A stretch of 40,662 nucleotides of DNA from Candidatus Thorarchaeota archaeon (GTDB lineage Archaea; Asgardarchaeota; Thorarchaeia; Thorarchaeales; Thorarchaeaceae), in contig SDNP01000028.1 of NCBI GenBank assembly GCA_004524445.1, positions 1 through 40,662 of the forward strand, written 5' to 3'. Position numbers and translations under genes: made by a program. The notes under the pieces were generated by a model that ran no database searches, had not been told where the DNA came from, and saw only the letters and a list, made by a program, of their open reading frames with translations. Positions 18,040 to 27,715 of this stretch are shown piece by piece; position 1 is the stretch's first letter; every line of letters starts with the position of its first letter.

Positions 18040-18828
18040 ATGAACGATGAAATAAAAGGATGTGCTACCAAAATTCTAGGTTCTCCAGACGCACAAGTAG
18101 TTCAAACGAGAGAGATCGAAATGGATGAGCCCCTGCTCATTTGCGGTTTCCCCTCAGCGGGAGTTGTTGGTACGATTGCCGCCAATACGATAATAGAACA
18201 GTCAGATATGGAGGAGATTGCCCACGTTCGATCCAAATACATGCCCTCAGCGGCAGTATTCATGGACGGAAGACTTAGGCACCCGTTTCGCGTGTATGCA
18301 AGCAAGAATAGGAAACTCCTTTTGGTGACAACAGAATTGCCTGTAGCAGAACAGGGTATGTATCATGTCAGTTCAGCATTACTAGATTGGGCAGCAGAAC
18401 TTGGAGTGAAAGAAACAGTCATTCTTGATGGCATTCCCGTACAAGGTATGCCTTCTGATAGAAAAGTCCTGTATGCTGCAGAAGAAGAGAAAATCGCTGA
18501 TCTCGCGGAAGACAAGGAAATGGAAATCTTACGCAAGGGGATTATTACCGGAATTGCGGGCTCTATTCTATCTGAAACTCTGTGCAGGGATATGGTTGGA
18601 TTCGCCCTCCTCACGCCTGCTCTCACCATGATCCCGGATCCAGAGGGAGCAGCGAAACTTCTTCAAGCGCTAACGCGACTATATGATGTAGAAGTTGATG
18701 TATCAGAGCTACAGGAAAGTGCAGATAAAATCCGAGAAAAGATGCGGGAGATGGCAAAACAGGTTGATGGAATGCGTCAGGGTCAACAACCAGGCGCGCC
18801 CACAGAATATCAAAGAATATACGCATAG
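18040..18828 (+). CDS. PAC2-family proteasome assembly chaperone/activator (PbaA/PbaB-like)
   Basis: GFPSAGVVGTIAA, RHPFRVY, ILDG, GIITGIAG and PDPEGAA motifs. C-terminal IYA is an HbYX motif. Confidence 0.9.
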   Translation: MNDEIKGCATKILGSPDAQVVQTREIEMDEPLLICGFPSAGVVGTIAANTIIEQSDMEEIAHVRSKYMPSAAVFMDGRLRHPFRVYASKNRKLLLVTTELPVAEQGMYHVSSALLDWAAELGVKETVILDGIPVQGMPSDRKVLYAAEEEKIADLAEDKEMEILRKGIITGIAGSILSETLCRDMVGFALLTPALTMIPDPEGAAKLLQALTRLYDVEVDVSELQESADKIREKMREMAKQVDGMRQGQQPGAPTEYQRIYA

Positions 18829-18883
18829 ATTCTCAGCAAAATGCAGTGGACTAGGTACTGAAGCCGGTTTCTGTGGTTTCACT

Positions 18884-19441
18884 CTAGTCGCTGCATGACT
18901 TGTAGGCTTCTTCTGCTCCAGTGGCATTCTTTTCGCCCACTTTTCCAGGCCAGTTTTCCTTGATGACTTCTTTTACTGTTTCCAATTTTACCAAGCCGGT
19001 GGCTTTTGCGAAAGCGCCCAGCATGGTAGTATTGACGACAGGCAGACCTGAAACTAAGAGACCGTGTTTCAATGCGATTCCAGTGCCATCGTATGTGTAG
19101 ACATGTCCCACTTCAAAATCAAATTCTGCTGCCTCTTTTGGACTATTAATGATGATTTTACCATCTTCTTTCAGTCCGTCAGTGACATCCGCAAGTTCGA
19201 TGATAGTGGGGTCAAGAACTGCAACTACGTCAGGTTCGTATATCTGACTTCGAACGTTAATCTCACTATCAGCAATTCGTGTGAAGGCTTTGACAGGCGC
19301 TCCACGGCGTTCAGCTCCAAAATACGGAAAAGCTTGTACGCCCTTATAGCCGTCACTATATGCAGCCTTTGCCAGCAGTTCGGCAAAGGTGACACCGCCC
19401 TGACCTCCACGGCCGTGAATTCTAATCTCAATCATTTTCAT
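18884..19441 (-). CDS. porG: 2-oxoacid:ferredoxin oxidoreductase gamma subunit
   Basis: EIRIHGRGGQGGVT, FPYFGAERRGAPV and VNTTMLGA motifs. Confidence 0.92.
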   Translation of the reverse strand: MKMIEIRIHGRGGQGGVTFAELLAKAAYSDGYKGVQAFPYFGAERRGAPVKAFTRIADSEINVRSQIYEPDVVAVLDPTIIELADVTDGLKEDGKIIINSPKEAAEFDFEVGHVYTYDGTGIALKHGLLVSGLPVVNTTMLGAFAKATGLVKLETVKEVIKENWPGKVGEKNATGAEEAYKSCSD

Positions 19442-19650
19442 TTCAGAAGACTCCTCTATGAGGGCTGCCTAATTGACAAGGACAGTCGGACCACGGTATA
19501 ACAAAACTGTTTCGTTACCGTCACCATCTTTGATATCTGAAAAAGACTACATTTGCTAACCTATACCTCGTTGTCAAAGACCGAAATCTGCAGTTTCTGA
19601 TTAGGGCGAGCATCCCCGATTATTGAGAAACGTATCCAAGTATGTAGTTA

Positions 19651-21045
19651 CTATGCGATATTATCTTCGCGAAGTGCTTCAATTACGTTTCGAGCAGAAT
19701 TCGCGGCTTGTTGAAGACCTACTCCAGAACCAGCAGTATCAGTACCCACAATATAGAGTCCCCTCAAGGGGGTTCTGGGACCTGGACGATCCAAATCGGT
19801 CTGACCGGGAATGAGAGCTGCTCTGGTCGCATATGAGGTTTGAAGATGCTCCATTTCTATATTCTCAAGGATTTCCGGGTAATATTCTTCCATTCCATTG
19901 CCTTTCATTTGTTCGACCTGTTCTTCCAAGGAGATGGATTCATCACGCATCATCGCCAAGGCAATTAGCTCCTTGCCCTCAGGAGCGCAGGTAGGATCAA
20001 AACTCGATAGGGAAATTAACCAACGATTCGGCTCTGGACGTACTAACACACGAGACTTTCTATCACCGATGACCACCTTTTCAATTCCAAGCCAAAGCGT
20101 GACCCCCTTTGTAATTTGCATTGAGTCCCATCTATTGAAGAGTTCATTGGCTTCATAATTATCGGATTCAACTATGCTTGACATAGACCACAGAGGGATA
20201 TTGCTGATGACTCGTGGATGTATTATTTCCTGATTATCAATGGTAAGAGCTAAGGCCCCATCGGATGTTTCTGAAATTCTGTCTACTCTGGAATTCAGCA
20301 TGTAGTCACCATTGATGGCATCTTTAACTCGGTCAACCAGCCCCTTCATGCCCCCGATAACGTATCCCTCGTCATATTCGTCAGAACCAAAGACGAGTCG
20401 CTTTGCCGACTCCAACTTGGAATATTCCTTGTCAGTATCTTTCAGCGTGCGTAAGGCTTCATATGCTGATGCCTCAGTGATTGGAACGCCAGCGGCCATA
20501 TAGATAGCGCTCTGCATAACATCTAACATGACTTGATTTGTAGCATCTTGACATTCCATGAATTCCTGAAATGTGAAATCTTTGTATTCCTTCATCTCAG
20601 CTAGCTTCATGGTCTTAATCTTTGCGCCAATCCGTGCAAGACCAAGTCTGCCCCTCAGGCCAGTCAGGGGCCAACAAAGGGTTTCAGCAATGCTAGTAGG
20701 TATTGTGCCTACCTTATCATTCACCCGAAAATACCATCCATCATGCAGGACGAACTCTGGAGGAGGATCAAGGTTTTCTCTCATGAACTCTGCAAATGCA
20801 CCGCGTTTGACACGTGTGATCATGTGGAGACCATTGTCTACTCGATATTCATCGACTTCATATCCATACCATACTCCACCAAGATGGTTAGATTCTTCTA
20901 TAACGAGGACTCGTTTGTCTAAAGCTGATAGACCCAAAGCAGTTAGAAGGCCACCTGCACCGGCACCCGCTATGATGAAATCATATGAAGACACATCAAT
21001 CGCATTAGATGAAATCTCTTGCATTTGAAAATCGAGATTCATCAA
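19651..21045 (-). CDS. FAD-dependent oxidoreductase (phytoene desaturase/COG1233-like)
   Basis: IIAGAGAGGL dinucleotide motif, LGG...DNGLH, GGM..L, and C-terminal TPLRGLYIVG...GVG..AA.SA. Confidence 0.85.
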   Translation of the reverse strand: MMNLDFQMQEISSNAIDVSSYDFIIAGAGAGGLLTALGLSALDKRVLVIEESNHLGGVWYGYEVDEYRVDNGLHMITRVKRGAFAEFMRENLDPPPEFVLHDGWYFRVNDKVGTIPTSIAETLCWPLTGLRGRLGLARIGAKIKTMKLAEMKEYKDFTFQEFMECQDATNQVMLDVMQSAIYMAAGVPITEASAYEALRTLKDTDKEYSKLESAKRLVFGSDEYDEGYVIGGMKGLVDRVKDAINGDYMLNSRVDRISETSDGALALTIDNQEIIHPRVISNIPLWSMSSIVESDNYEANELFNRWDSMQITKGVTLWLGIEKVVIGDRKSRVLVRPEPNRWLISLSSFDPTCAPEGKELIALAMMRDESISLEEQVEQMKGNGMEEYYPEILENIEMEHLQTSYATRAALIPGQTDLDRPGPRTPLRGLYIVGTDTAGSGVGLQQAANSARNVIEALREDNIA

Positions 21046-21083
21046 TCACGTGACTACTTAAGCATGTTCCAAGATAGAATAGA

Positions 21084-22190
21084 TTAAAGAAGAGCAATGC
21101 ATCGACCCTTATCAGTTGACTCATAGGCTGCATCTACAATATTGTGTGCAGCAACTGCATCACCAAAGTCTGGTCTGGGAGATATCTTTTCCTTTACTGC
21201 CTTCAGAAATGCATAATTCAATGCAGTATATCTTTCTGCTCCAACACAAGTCAGTGCTTCTATGGCCGCAGGGCTGATACTCTTAGATTCAAGACCAAGT
21301 TCGTCGAGAAGAGCCGCATTGGCAGTTTCATCCCATACCTTCACCGGCGCATCTCCTTGTAAGTGGTATTCCAAGTAGCGTTTATCAGACTCCAAACTTA
21401 TGCCAATATAACCCTTCTCGAAGAAGAACTCTAGATAGCGTTCGTTTGGCCTTTCCACCCAATGCCAAACGGAGTCCAGAGTACTAGTTGCGCCACTTGT
21501 ATGATTCATTATAACGGATGCATGATCTTCAACATCGCGGCCAGCGAAGTGACTGGTCCGTGCATAGACGCTCTCAATATCTCCAAGAAACCATCTCAGG
21601 ATATCGATATCATGGATGCTATGTTCAATGAGAGTTCCTCCACCCGCGATAGTTTTGTTCCCACGCCAATGGCTGTAATAGATATAGTCGACAGGGAAGC
21701 GCTGGTCGTCTCTAATATGCGCAAGCATGGGAGTTCCAAAATCATGCTCATCAAGTAGCCGCTTCGCAAAAAGGAGGAATTGGTCATACCGTAGTACAAG
21801 ACCCACGCCTGCAGGAACTCCTGCATCTCTTGTCATAGCCATCATGACCTGTGCTTGAGGAGAAGATCTAGCCAGCGGCTTCTCACAAAAGACTGCCTTG
21901 TGATTCTTCACCGCGACTTTGACCATGTCACTATGAAGATTAGTGGGTGTGCAAACATAGATGATATCCACATCAGGATTTTCAACCAGCTTATTGTAGT
22001 CTAGGTATGTTGTCTTTATGTCAAATAGATCGGCTGCACGAGCAAGTGAGTCCTGATCAGTATCGCATACTGCTGCAATATCTATATCCAAAAGCCCTGT
22101 TTCCTGTAATGATGAGAAGCTTATCAGATGCGTTTTTCCGATGTTTCCAGTTCCAATTAGACCCACATGCAAGGTATTCTTGTTGCTCAA
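21084..22190 (-). CDS. Gfo/Idh/MocA family NAD(P)-dependent oxidoreductase
   Basis: VGLIGTGNIG, VCTPTNLH, CEKP and GGGTLIEHSIHDID motifs. Confidence 0.93.
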   Translation of the reverse strand: MSNKNTLHVGLIGTGNIGKTHLISFSSLQETGLLDIDIAAVCDTDQDSLARAADLFDIKTTYLDYNKLVENPDVDIIYVCTPTNLHSDMVKVAVKNHKAVFCEKPLARSSPQAQVMMAMTRDAGVPAGVGLVLRYDQFLLFAKRLLDEHDFGTPMLAHIRDDQRFPVDYIYYSHWRGNKTIAGGGTLIEHSIHDIDILRWFLGDIESVYARTSHFAGRDVEDHASVIMNHTSGATSTLDSVWHWVERPNERYLEFFFEKGYIGISLESDKRYLEYHLQGDAPVKVWDETANAALLDELGLESKSISPAAIEALTCVGAERYTALNYAFLKAVKEKISPRPDFGDAVAAHNIVDAAYESTDKGRCIALL

Positions 22191-22333
22191 TGCAACTCCC
22201 TTACGTTACCTCCTCCTTCCCAGCATATTATCCTTTTGTTACTACAGCATAAATGCATCACAAATCACTTTATGACAAGCAATATGTAGTTGAATATCAG
22301 AGGAAATTGTAACATCCTAAAGAATTCTTCAGT

Positions 22334-24187
22334 ATGGTGACAAAAGTGGCGTCTGATAAGGAAAAATTGGAGAAAGCAATGGAGGCTCTAAAGAAAGGGA
22401 AGAATGACGCCGCTCAGATCCTCCTATCACAAGTTGCAGATAGTTTTGCTTCACGAGGATTGCATTCCAAGGCTGCAAATTTGTATGAGAAGGTCGCTAT
22501 CTTAGGATCACAACTCAACAAGAACGAAGCTGCTCTGAAGGCAATTGAGAATGCTACTCTAATGTACGTCCGAATGTCTGATGAGGAAGTATACAAAGAT
22601 ATTGTCCGTCTTAATGAGATGGGCTCCAAGATAGCAGAAAAAGCAGAAATGTACGACAGAGCAGCAGATGGTTATTTCAGGGCCCTTGATTTCGCGGCGT
22701 CGGAAGAAGAAAGAGATCGTTTAACTTGTAAAGCCGCTGATGCCCTTGAGAATTTGGCAGACATATGTGAAGAGAGAGGCGAACTAGAGAGAGCGGTTGA
22801 CACACTCAAAAAAGTTGGACGCCTGTACTATTCCGCGGGAGATCCTGAACTAGGGTTAAGAATCCACGAAAGAGCAACAAAAGTTGCAGTTCGCTGGGCA
22901 AATGAGGCAAAGGACTCGAAAGACTACTTAGCTGCAGGAAATGCCTTGGCCGAGGCAGCCCAAATCATCCAGAACCAGGGTGACAATGTTGAGGCGGCAC
23001 GTTTGATGATGGAAGCAGGCGAGTATTATGAGAAGGGCGAATTGTTTGAGAAGGCGGGAAATATCTATGATGCAGCACAGGAAGCCTATGATTTTGAGCG
23101 ATTGACCAGCGCCACAAAACAAGCCATGGTTCAAGCGGCTGAAGCGTATATGAAGATGGAGGGGAAGCCGCAAGTTCTCGCTCCACTTCTGGTCAAGGCG
23201 GGAGATATGTTTTCTGAACTAGGTCGTGTTATGAAGGCGAAATGGGCGTACAAGCGAGCCAGTGAGCTCTTTGCCGACTTGGCTGTAAAGGCAGCTGAAG
23301 AGGTAGATATCGATTCAGAAAAAACGAATCTCAGATATCGAGCTATGGGTCTGAGGAAATGGGGAAGAGAGAGAGAGGCAGATGAGATTTACACTGAGGT
23401 GGCTCAATATTATCTTAATCAAGCAGAAGAAGAGAAAGAACGGGGTAATGTGGAAAGACAAGCTCTTTCGTTGGAAGAGGCATCAAAGGTCCTTTATGAG
23501 CACGGGGATGAAGAGAAAGCCCAACAGAGTCTGAACCAAGCAATTGAGATATATCGGCACTTAGCTGACACTGCAACCAATTCAGAAGAACCAGAGGATG
23601 CTTCCAGGTATTTCGGACGGGCTGCACATTGTGCCGGACGTCTTGAGGATAAGAAGAGAAAGAGGGAATTCCATATTCTTGCTAGCAAACGAGCTGAAGA
23701 TGCTGCGAAATACTTTGCAGATATTGGTTTGAGAGAATTATCAACAATTTGGAAGAGAACTGCAGCAGAAGAAGCCCTGAAGACCCAGGATCCAGAAATG
23801 GTTGACAGAGCAATTGAGCTGCTAACAGAATCAGCAAAGGGATTTCAGGAAACAGGAGAACTCAAGGAAGCGTTTGAGGACTTGTATACGATATTTTCTA
23901 CGGTCTACATTCATAAGCCCGAGGAGAGGTCGAATCTAGATAACATTGTCGAACAGATGAATGAGATTGCCATAGATGAACGAGACCTCTATTACTCGTC
24001 CATGGTCAACGTCATTCGAGCAGTGAATAAGTCAGACAAAATTGGTGCATTGCTTGCATTCCAAGAACAAGAAGATGAACTTATTGGGAAAAGAGAGTCA
24101 TTGAGGTCGCTTATGGATGCCGTTGAACCACCGGAAGAATCCGATGAAGAAGCTCCTAAGGACTCAACTCATTGGCTCTATAAGTAG
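22334..24187 (+). CDS. Alpha-solenoid TPR/alpha-SNAP-like repeat protein
   Basis: 617 aa, almost entirely helical, with repeated AAxxYxxAA / AGxxYxxA units (KAANLYEKVA, RAADGYFRA, AAGNALAEAA, KAGNIYDAA, DASRYFGRAA). Confidence 0.75.
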   Translation: MVTKVASDKEKLEKAMEALKKGKNDAAQILLSQVADSFASRGLHSKAANLYEKVAILGSQLNKNEAALKAIENATLMYVRMSDEEVYKDIVRLNEMGSKIAEKAEMYDRAADGYFRALDFAASEEERDRLTCKAADALENLADICEERGELERAVDTLKKVGRLYYSAGDPELGLRIHERATKVAVRWANEAKDSKDYLAAGNALAEAAQIIQNQGDNVEAARLMMEAGEYYEKGELFEKAGNIYDAAQEAYDFERLTSATKQAMVQAAEAYMKMEGKPQVLAPLLVKAGDMFSELGRVMKAKWAYKRASELFADLAVKAAEEVDIDSEKTNLRYRAMGLRKWGREREADEIYTEVAQYYLNQAEEEKERGNVERQALSLEEASKVLYEHGDEEKAQQSLNQAIEIYRHLADTATNSEEPEDASRYFGRAAHCAGRLEDKKRKREFHILASKRAEDAAKYFADIGLRELSTIWKRTAAEEALKTQDPEMVDRAIELLTESAKGFQETGELKEAFEDLYTIFSTVYIHKPEERSNLDNIVEQMNEIAIDERDLYYSSMVNVIRAVNKSDKIGALLAFQEQEDELIGKRESLRSLMDAVEPPEESDEEAPKDSTHWLYK

Positions 24188-24248
24188 GAAAAGCAAGTAT
24201 ATTCCAACTAGAGATGTTTCAAGTAAGAAGAGTATGGATTAGAACGAG

Positions 24249-24677
24249 ATGATGTCATTGGGTACTTTCACGGATACTTTAGAATTCGAAACAAATGGTC
24301 ATTGTGATATGATAGATATCACTGAGAGAGTTCAGAATGTTGTGACGCAGAGCAAAATGAACACAGGTATTTGTACTGTATTTGTGCCAGGGTCGACGGC
24401 GTCAATTATCACCATTGAGTATGAGAAAGGACTCCTGAAGGATTTCCCCGATGCAATGGAGAGGATTGGTCCAGAAGATGCAGTATATGAGCACCATTTG
24501 AGGTGGAGAGACGGGAATGGACATTCTCATGTCAGGGCCTCTGTAGTTGGACCCAGTCTTACAATCCCCTTCGTAGATGGTGCTCTAACTCTAGGAACCT
24601 GGCAACAAGTCACTCTTGTGGATTTTGACAATAAAGCCCGTGCCAGAACACTTCAGCTTGTGCTTATAGGCGAGTGA
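24249..24677 (+). CDS. yjbQ: YjbQ/UPF0047 family protein
   Basis: DITE.V, GSTA.I...E, Y.HH...GNGHSH and LGTWQ.V.L.DFD motifs. Confidence 0.92.
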   Translation: MMSLGTFTDTLEFETNGHCDMIDITERVQNVVTQSKMNTGICTVFVPGSTASIITIEYEKGLLKDFPDAMERIGPEDAVYEHHLRWRDGNGHSHVRASVVGPSLTIPFVDGALTLGTWQQVTLVDFDNKARARTLQLVLIGE

Positions 24678-24947
24678 TTAGTAAAATTCTGCATTTGGGT
24701 CGAGATCCCATGAGAGTTCGCGAATTGAATCGGGAACAGGGGTGGACTCTCTTATTTTCAGAGCGAGATAGTGGATTCTTAGTGCGCGTCTAAGGCGGTG
24801 CAAATGATAGGGCATTGCCCAACCAGTAGGGCTATTACGATATTGGTTAGTGTCCATAAGATCTCTGACTGTGTCAAGTTCTCGCTGAATATGCGCCTTG
24901 ATGTCATCAATCTCGCGGTTTATCGTTGGTTCGCCTCTATATGTCAT
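24678..24947 (-). CDS. Small hypothetical helical protein
   Basis: 89 aa ORF with a GAGGAG SD. Its stop abuts the yjbQ stop. No family recognised. Confidence 0.6.
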   Translation of the reverse strand: MTYRGEPTINREIDDIKAHIQRELDTVRDLMDTNQYRNSPTGWAMPYHLHRLRRALRIHYLALKIRESTPVPDSIRELSWDLDPNAEFY

Positions 24948-24996
24948 GAAATCTCCTCGTCATGATGCAGACTAATAAGCTTTCAAATAATCTAGT

Positions 24997-25014
24997 GTAT
25001 TACTGAAGTAATAC
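24997..25014. promoter_or_regulatory. Perfect inverted repeat GTATTAC-TGAA-GTAATAC (operator or hairpin)
   Basis: Read directly from the sequence. It lies 50-67 bp upstream of the 24947 start and downstream of the nob1 stop. Confidence 0.4.
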
Positions 25015-25040
25015 GCGCCAAATAGTAAAAAATCAGTCAA

Positions 25041-25565
25041 TTAGGCCATATGTTCTTTTTTAGCGGCTCGTCGGCGCATTTCTGTGCCACAAACGGGGCA
25101 TTTCTTGTCCTCATCTACTGTCTTGCTCGTATGTCCACATGCAGGACATTGGTATATCCATTTGATACGTTGTTTCATTCGCCCAGTTGGATCTAAGATC
25201 TCTAGCCCTAGATGACTAGCAGTATTCAGCACCGCCAAATCAGTGGAAACCAAGACTACGTCATCATTCTGAGATGCTTTCTCAAGAGCAAGAGCAATGA
25301 TTCCTATATCAGCTGCTGAGAGAGTACGGGCGTCACCATATTGCGTAGCAGCTCTCTCCGTCTTCTTTCTTTGGCCCTCAGAGGGCTCTTGGACAAATAG
25401 GCGACCAACAGAAATCAATGTGTCAACTCTAATCTGGCTGGGTCTGTTTTCAACTTCATCAATGACAGCAGGTGTTGTGAAGAGATTGATCTCACGTATT
25501 TTTTGGGTCCAAGTAGATAATAGTGCACCAGTATCTAAAACATACTCCAGCATTACTTCAGCCAC
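25041..25565 (-). CDS. nob1: Nob1 endoribonuclease (PIN domain + zinc ribbon)
   Basis: YVLDTGAL, TTPAVIDEV, GD...LSAADIGIIALA, STDLAVLN.A..LG, then W.YQCPACG...CPVCG. True start may be ATG 25553. Confidence 0.9.
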   Translation of the reverse strand: MAEVMLEYVLDTGALLSTWTQKIREINLFTTPAVIDEVENRPSQIRVDTLISVGRLFVQEPSEGQRKKTERAATQYGDARTLSAADIGIIALALEKASQNDDVVLVSTDLAVLNTASHLGLEILDPTGRMKQRIKWIYQCPACGHTSKTVDEDKKCPVCGTEMRRRAAKKEHMA

Positions 25566-26498
25566 CTACTGTGTTCGCGGCACGAGCCTAGTGTTCAAGC
25601 GGTCATAGTAATTATCCTCTGACCTGATGAATCGCGTGACGGTATCTGATTTGCGAATCCACACCTTCTCGAACTCATCGACTTCATAGCGAATTTGACC
25701 GTCAATCACAGCAAGACCAGGCGCACCCTTCTTTACCAGTTCCAGCTCTAGAGTACTAGTATCTGGAATAACTAGGGACTTCAGTTCAAATCTTGGTGGG
25801 CAAACTGGTACAAATAGGAGGCCATGAACGTTGGGTGTAAGAATAGACCCACCTGCAGCCAATGCGTATGCTGTGGACCCAGTGGGAGTGGCAAGCATTG
25901 CACCATCAGCCCGACCATAGTCAACTCGTGTGCCATCTAATGTGACCTGAAAAGTCAGAAGACGTCCTGGGATGCGTGATACAACATAAACTTCATTGAG
26001 TGATTCCTCAAATGTTCTATCCCCAACACCCGAGGTAAGATTGACGTTATTCTCTATAATTGCCTTGTTGTCTAATACCTGTTCAAGAGCATTGACGGCA
26101 TTAGTGGTGCTTGCTTCAGTCATAAAACCAACAGTTCCTCTGTTTACGCAAAAGAGGGGTGTTTCTCTATCAGGGAGCCGTGATAGGGTATAGAGGATTG
26201 TACCATCTCCACCAATGGTAATTACAAAATCCACGTCCATCTCTGATATCTTCACTGGATTTAGCTTGCCATGAGTTGCATCACAGGATCCTTCGTCTAC
26301 TTGGACATTGATATCTCGCGAGAGAAGCATATCTGCCAATACCGAGGCGGTCTTCTCAATTTCAGGGCGTCCTGGCTTGCAGACGAGCCCCACTGATCTT
26401 CTCTCTGAAAGAATCTGTGGATTCTCTTCGATCATCTTTCGCCACATCCGGTATTGATGTCTAATTCTAAATAGCCTTTTATTCTTGTGGAGGGACAT
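25566..26498 (-). CDS. nadK: NAD(+) kinase
   Basis: IGGDGTIL, VNRGTVGFM, LNE and ADG...TPTGSTAYALAAGG motifs. Confidence 0.95.
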   Translation of the reverse strand: MSLHKNKRLFRIRHQYRMWRKMIEENPQILSERRSVGLVCKPGRPEIEKTASVLADMLLSRDINVQVDEGSCDATHGKLNPVKISEMDVDFVITIGGDGTILYTLSRLPDRETPLFCVNRGTVGFMTEASTTNAVNALEQVLDNKAIIENNVNLTSGVGDRTFEESLNEVYVVSRIPGRLLTFQVTLDGTRVDYGRADGAMLATPTGSTAYALAAGGSILTPNVHGLLFVPVCPPRFELKSLVIPDTSTLELELVKKGAPGLAVIDGQIRYEVDEFEKVWIRKSDTVTRFIRSEDNYYDRLNTRLVPRTQ

Positions 26499-26699
26499 AA
26501 ATGGACTCAGACTCTACATCACAGACCTCCAATTAAAAAACCACTTGCAGACCGTGATTATTCACAAGAAACGTGTATTCAAAGATTGACGATTCTCCAG
26601 AAATTCAGGAATACTGAGGAAAGAAAAAGTATAATTGGGAGGTTCAAGACGTTGGCTCTGAATGGGTCTGCAATAAGACAGATATTAGGGTGACCAACA

Positions 26700-27098
26700 T
26701 TGAGCATTAAGAAAACATCTGCAAAATCTTTGAAACCCGGAAGTTATTTCGTGATTGATGGCGAACCATGCAAAGTGACAAATATTGAGAAATCTAAGCC
26801 GGGCAAGCATGGATCCGCCAAGGCAAATATTACTGCAATTGGATTCTTTGATAACCGAAAACGGAATGTGATAATGCCGGCAGACCGCATGGTTGACGTT
26901 CCAATTATTGACAAGCGTTCCGCAACGGTTATTGCGGAGATGGGAGAACGATTTACTCTAATGGATACTGAAACTTACGAAACCTATGATATCAAGAAGC
27001 CAACAGACCCGGAAATTGCGAGCAAGATGGAGCTCAATAAGGAAGTTGAAGTCTGGGAACTCATGGGCGAGCGAGTCATTACCAGAGTAAAGAGTTAG
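26700..27098 (+). CDS. eif5a: Translation factor aIF5A (eIF5A)
   Basis: Hypusination motif SKPGKHGSAK, plus IDGEPC and MD.ETYET. Confidence 0.97.
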   Translation: MSIKKTSAKSLKPGSYFVIDGEPCKVTNIEKSKPGKHGSAKANITAIGFFDNRKRNVIMPADRMVDVPIIDKRSATVIAEMGERFTLMDTETYETYDIKKPTDPEIASKMELNKEVEVWELMGERVITRVKS

Positions 27099-27181
27099 CG
27101 CCAATCACTGCAGAGATATCCGAAGGACCCCGTCAACTTATCATGGACAGGGGCAATCCATACCAATAGGGGCTAGACCAG

Positions 27182-27619
27182 ATGAACCATTCTAATGTGG
27201 ATGAAAAGGATAGAAAGATTATAGATCTCCTGGGCGACAACTCCCGGAGTTCATTGAGGGACATAGGAACCGTGGTGAAGCTTAGTCCCAGCTCAGTCCG
27301 AAATAGGATGAGCTCACTCATAGAAGACGGCGTGATTCACCGTTACACCGTGGACGTAGACTATAGAAAACTGGGATATGAGGTTCAAGTCATTGTCTTA
27401 ATCACATCGAAACCTGGTTTTTCAGAGGAGCTCTATTGGAAACTTAAATCCTATGAGCAAATCTCGCAAGTATATTGGACATCGGGTCCGGCTAATTTTG
27501 TTTCGATACTCCGTTTTAGAAATATGCAGCAACTTTCGAAGTTTATGACTGAGAAACTTGAGAAACTTGATGGCATAGAACGTGTAGAGAGCATGTTTGT
27601 TATGCCTCCACCAGAATAG
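27182..27619 (+). CDS. Lrp/AsnC family transcriptional regulator
   Basis: DEKDRKIIDLL..NSR.SL..I...V.LS...V.NR...L...GVI..Y HTH with a C-terminal RAM domain (TSG). Confidence 0.92.
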   Translation: MNHSNVDEKDRKIIDLLGDNSRSSLRDIGTVVKLSPSSVRNRMSSLIEDGVIHRYTVDVDYRKLGYEVQVIVLITSKPGFSEELYWKLKSYEQISQVYWTSGPANFVSILRFRNMQQLSKFMTEKLEKLDGIERVESMFVMPPPE

Positions 27620-27715
27620 AGAGGTAACGAATCCTAATCACCAAAAGATATGGTGACTTTCTCGCAGGCAACCTTCATATTAGATTGATGTATTCTGAAA
27701 CCTACCAACTCGTGG

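Noticed and set aside
27638-27656. Inverted repeat TCACCA-N7-TGGTGA between lrp and nurA
   Set aside because: Only 6-bp arms in a single copy, so I cannot distinguish an operator or terminator from chance.
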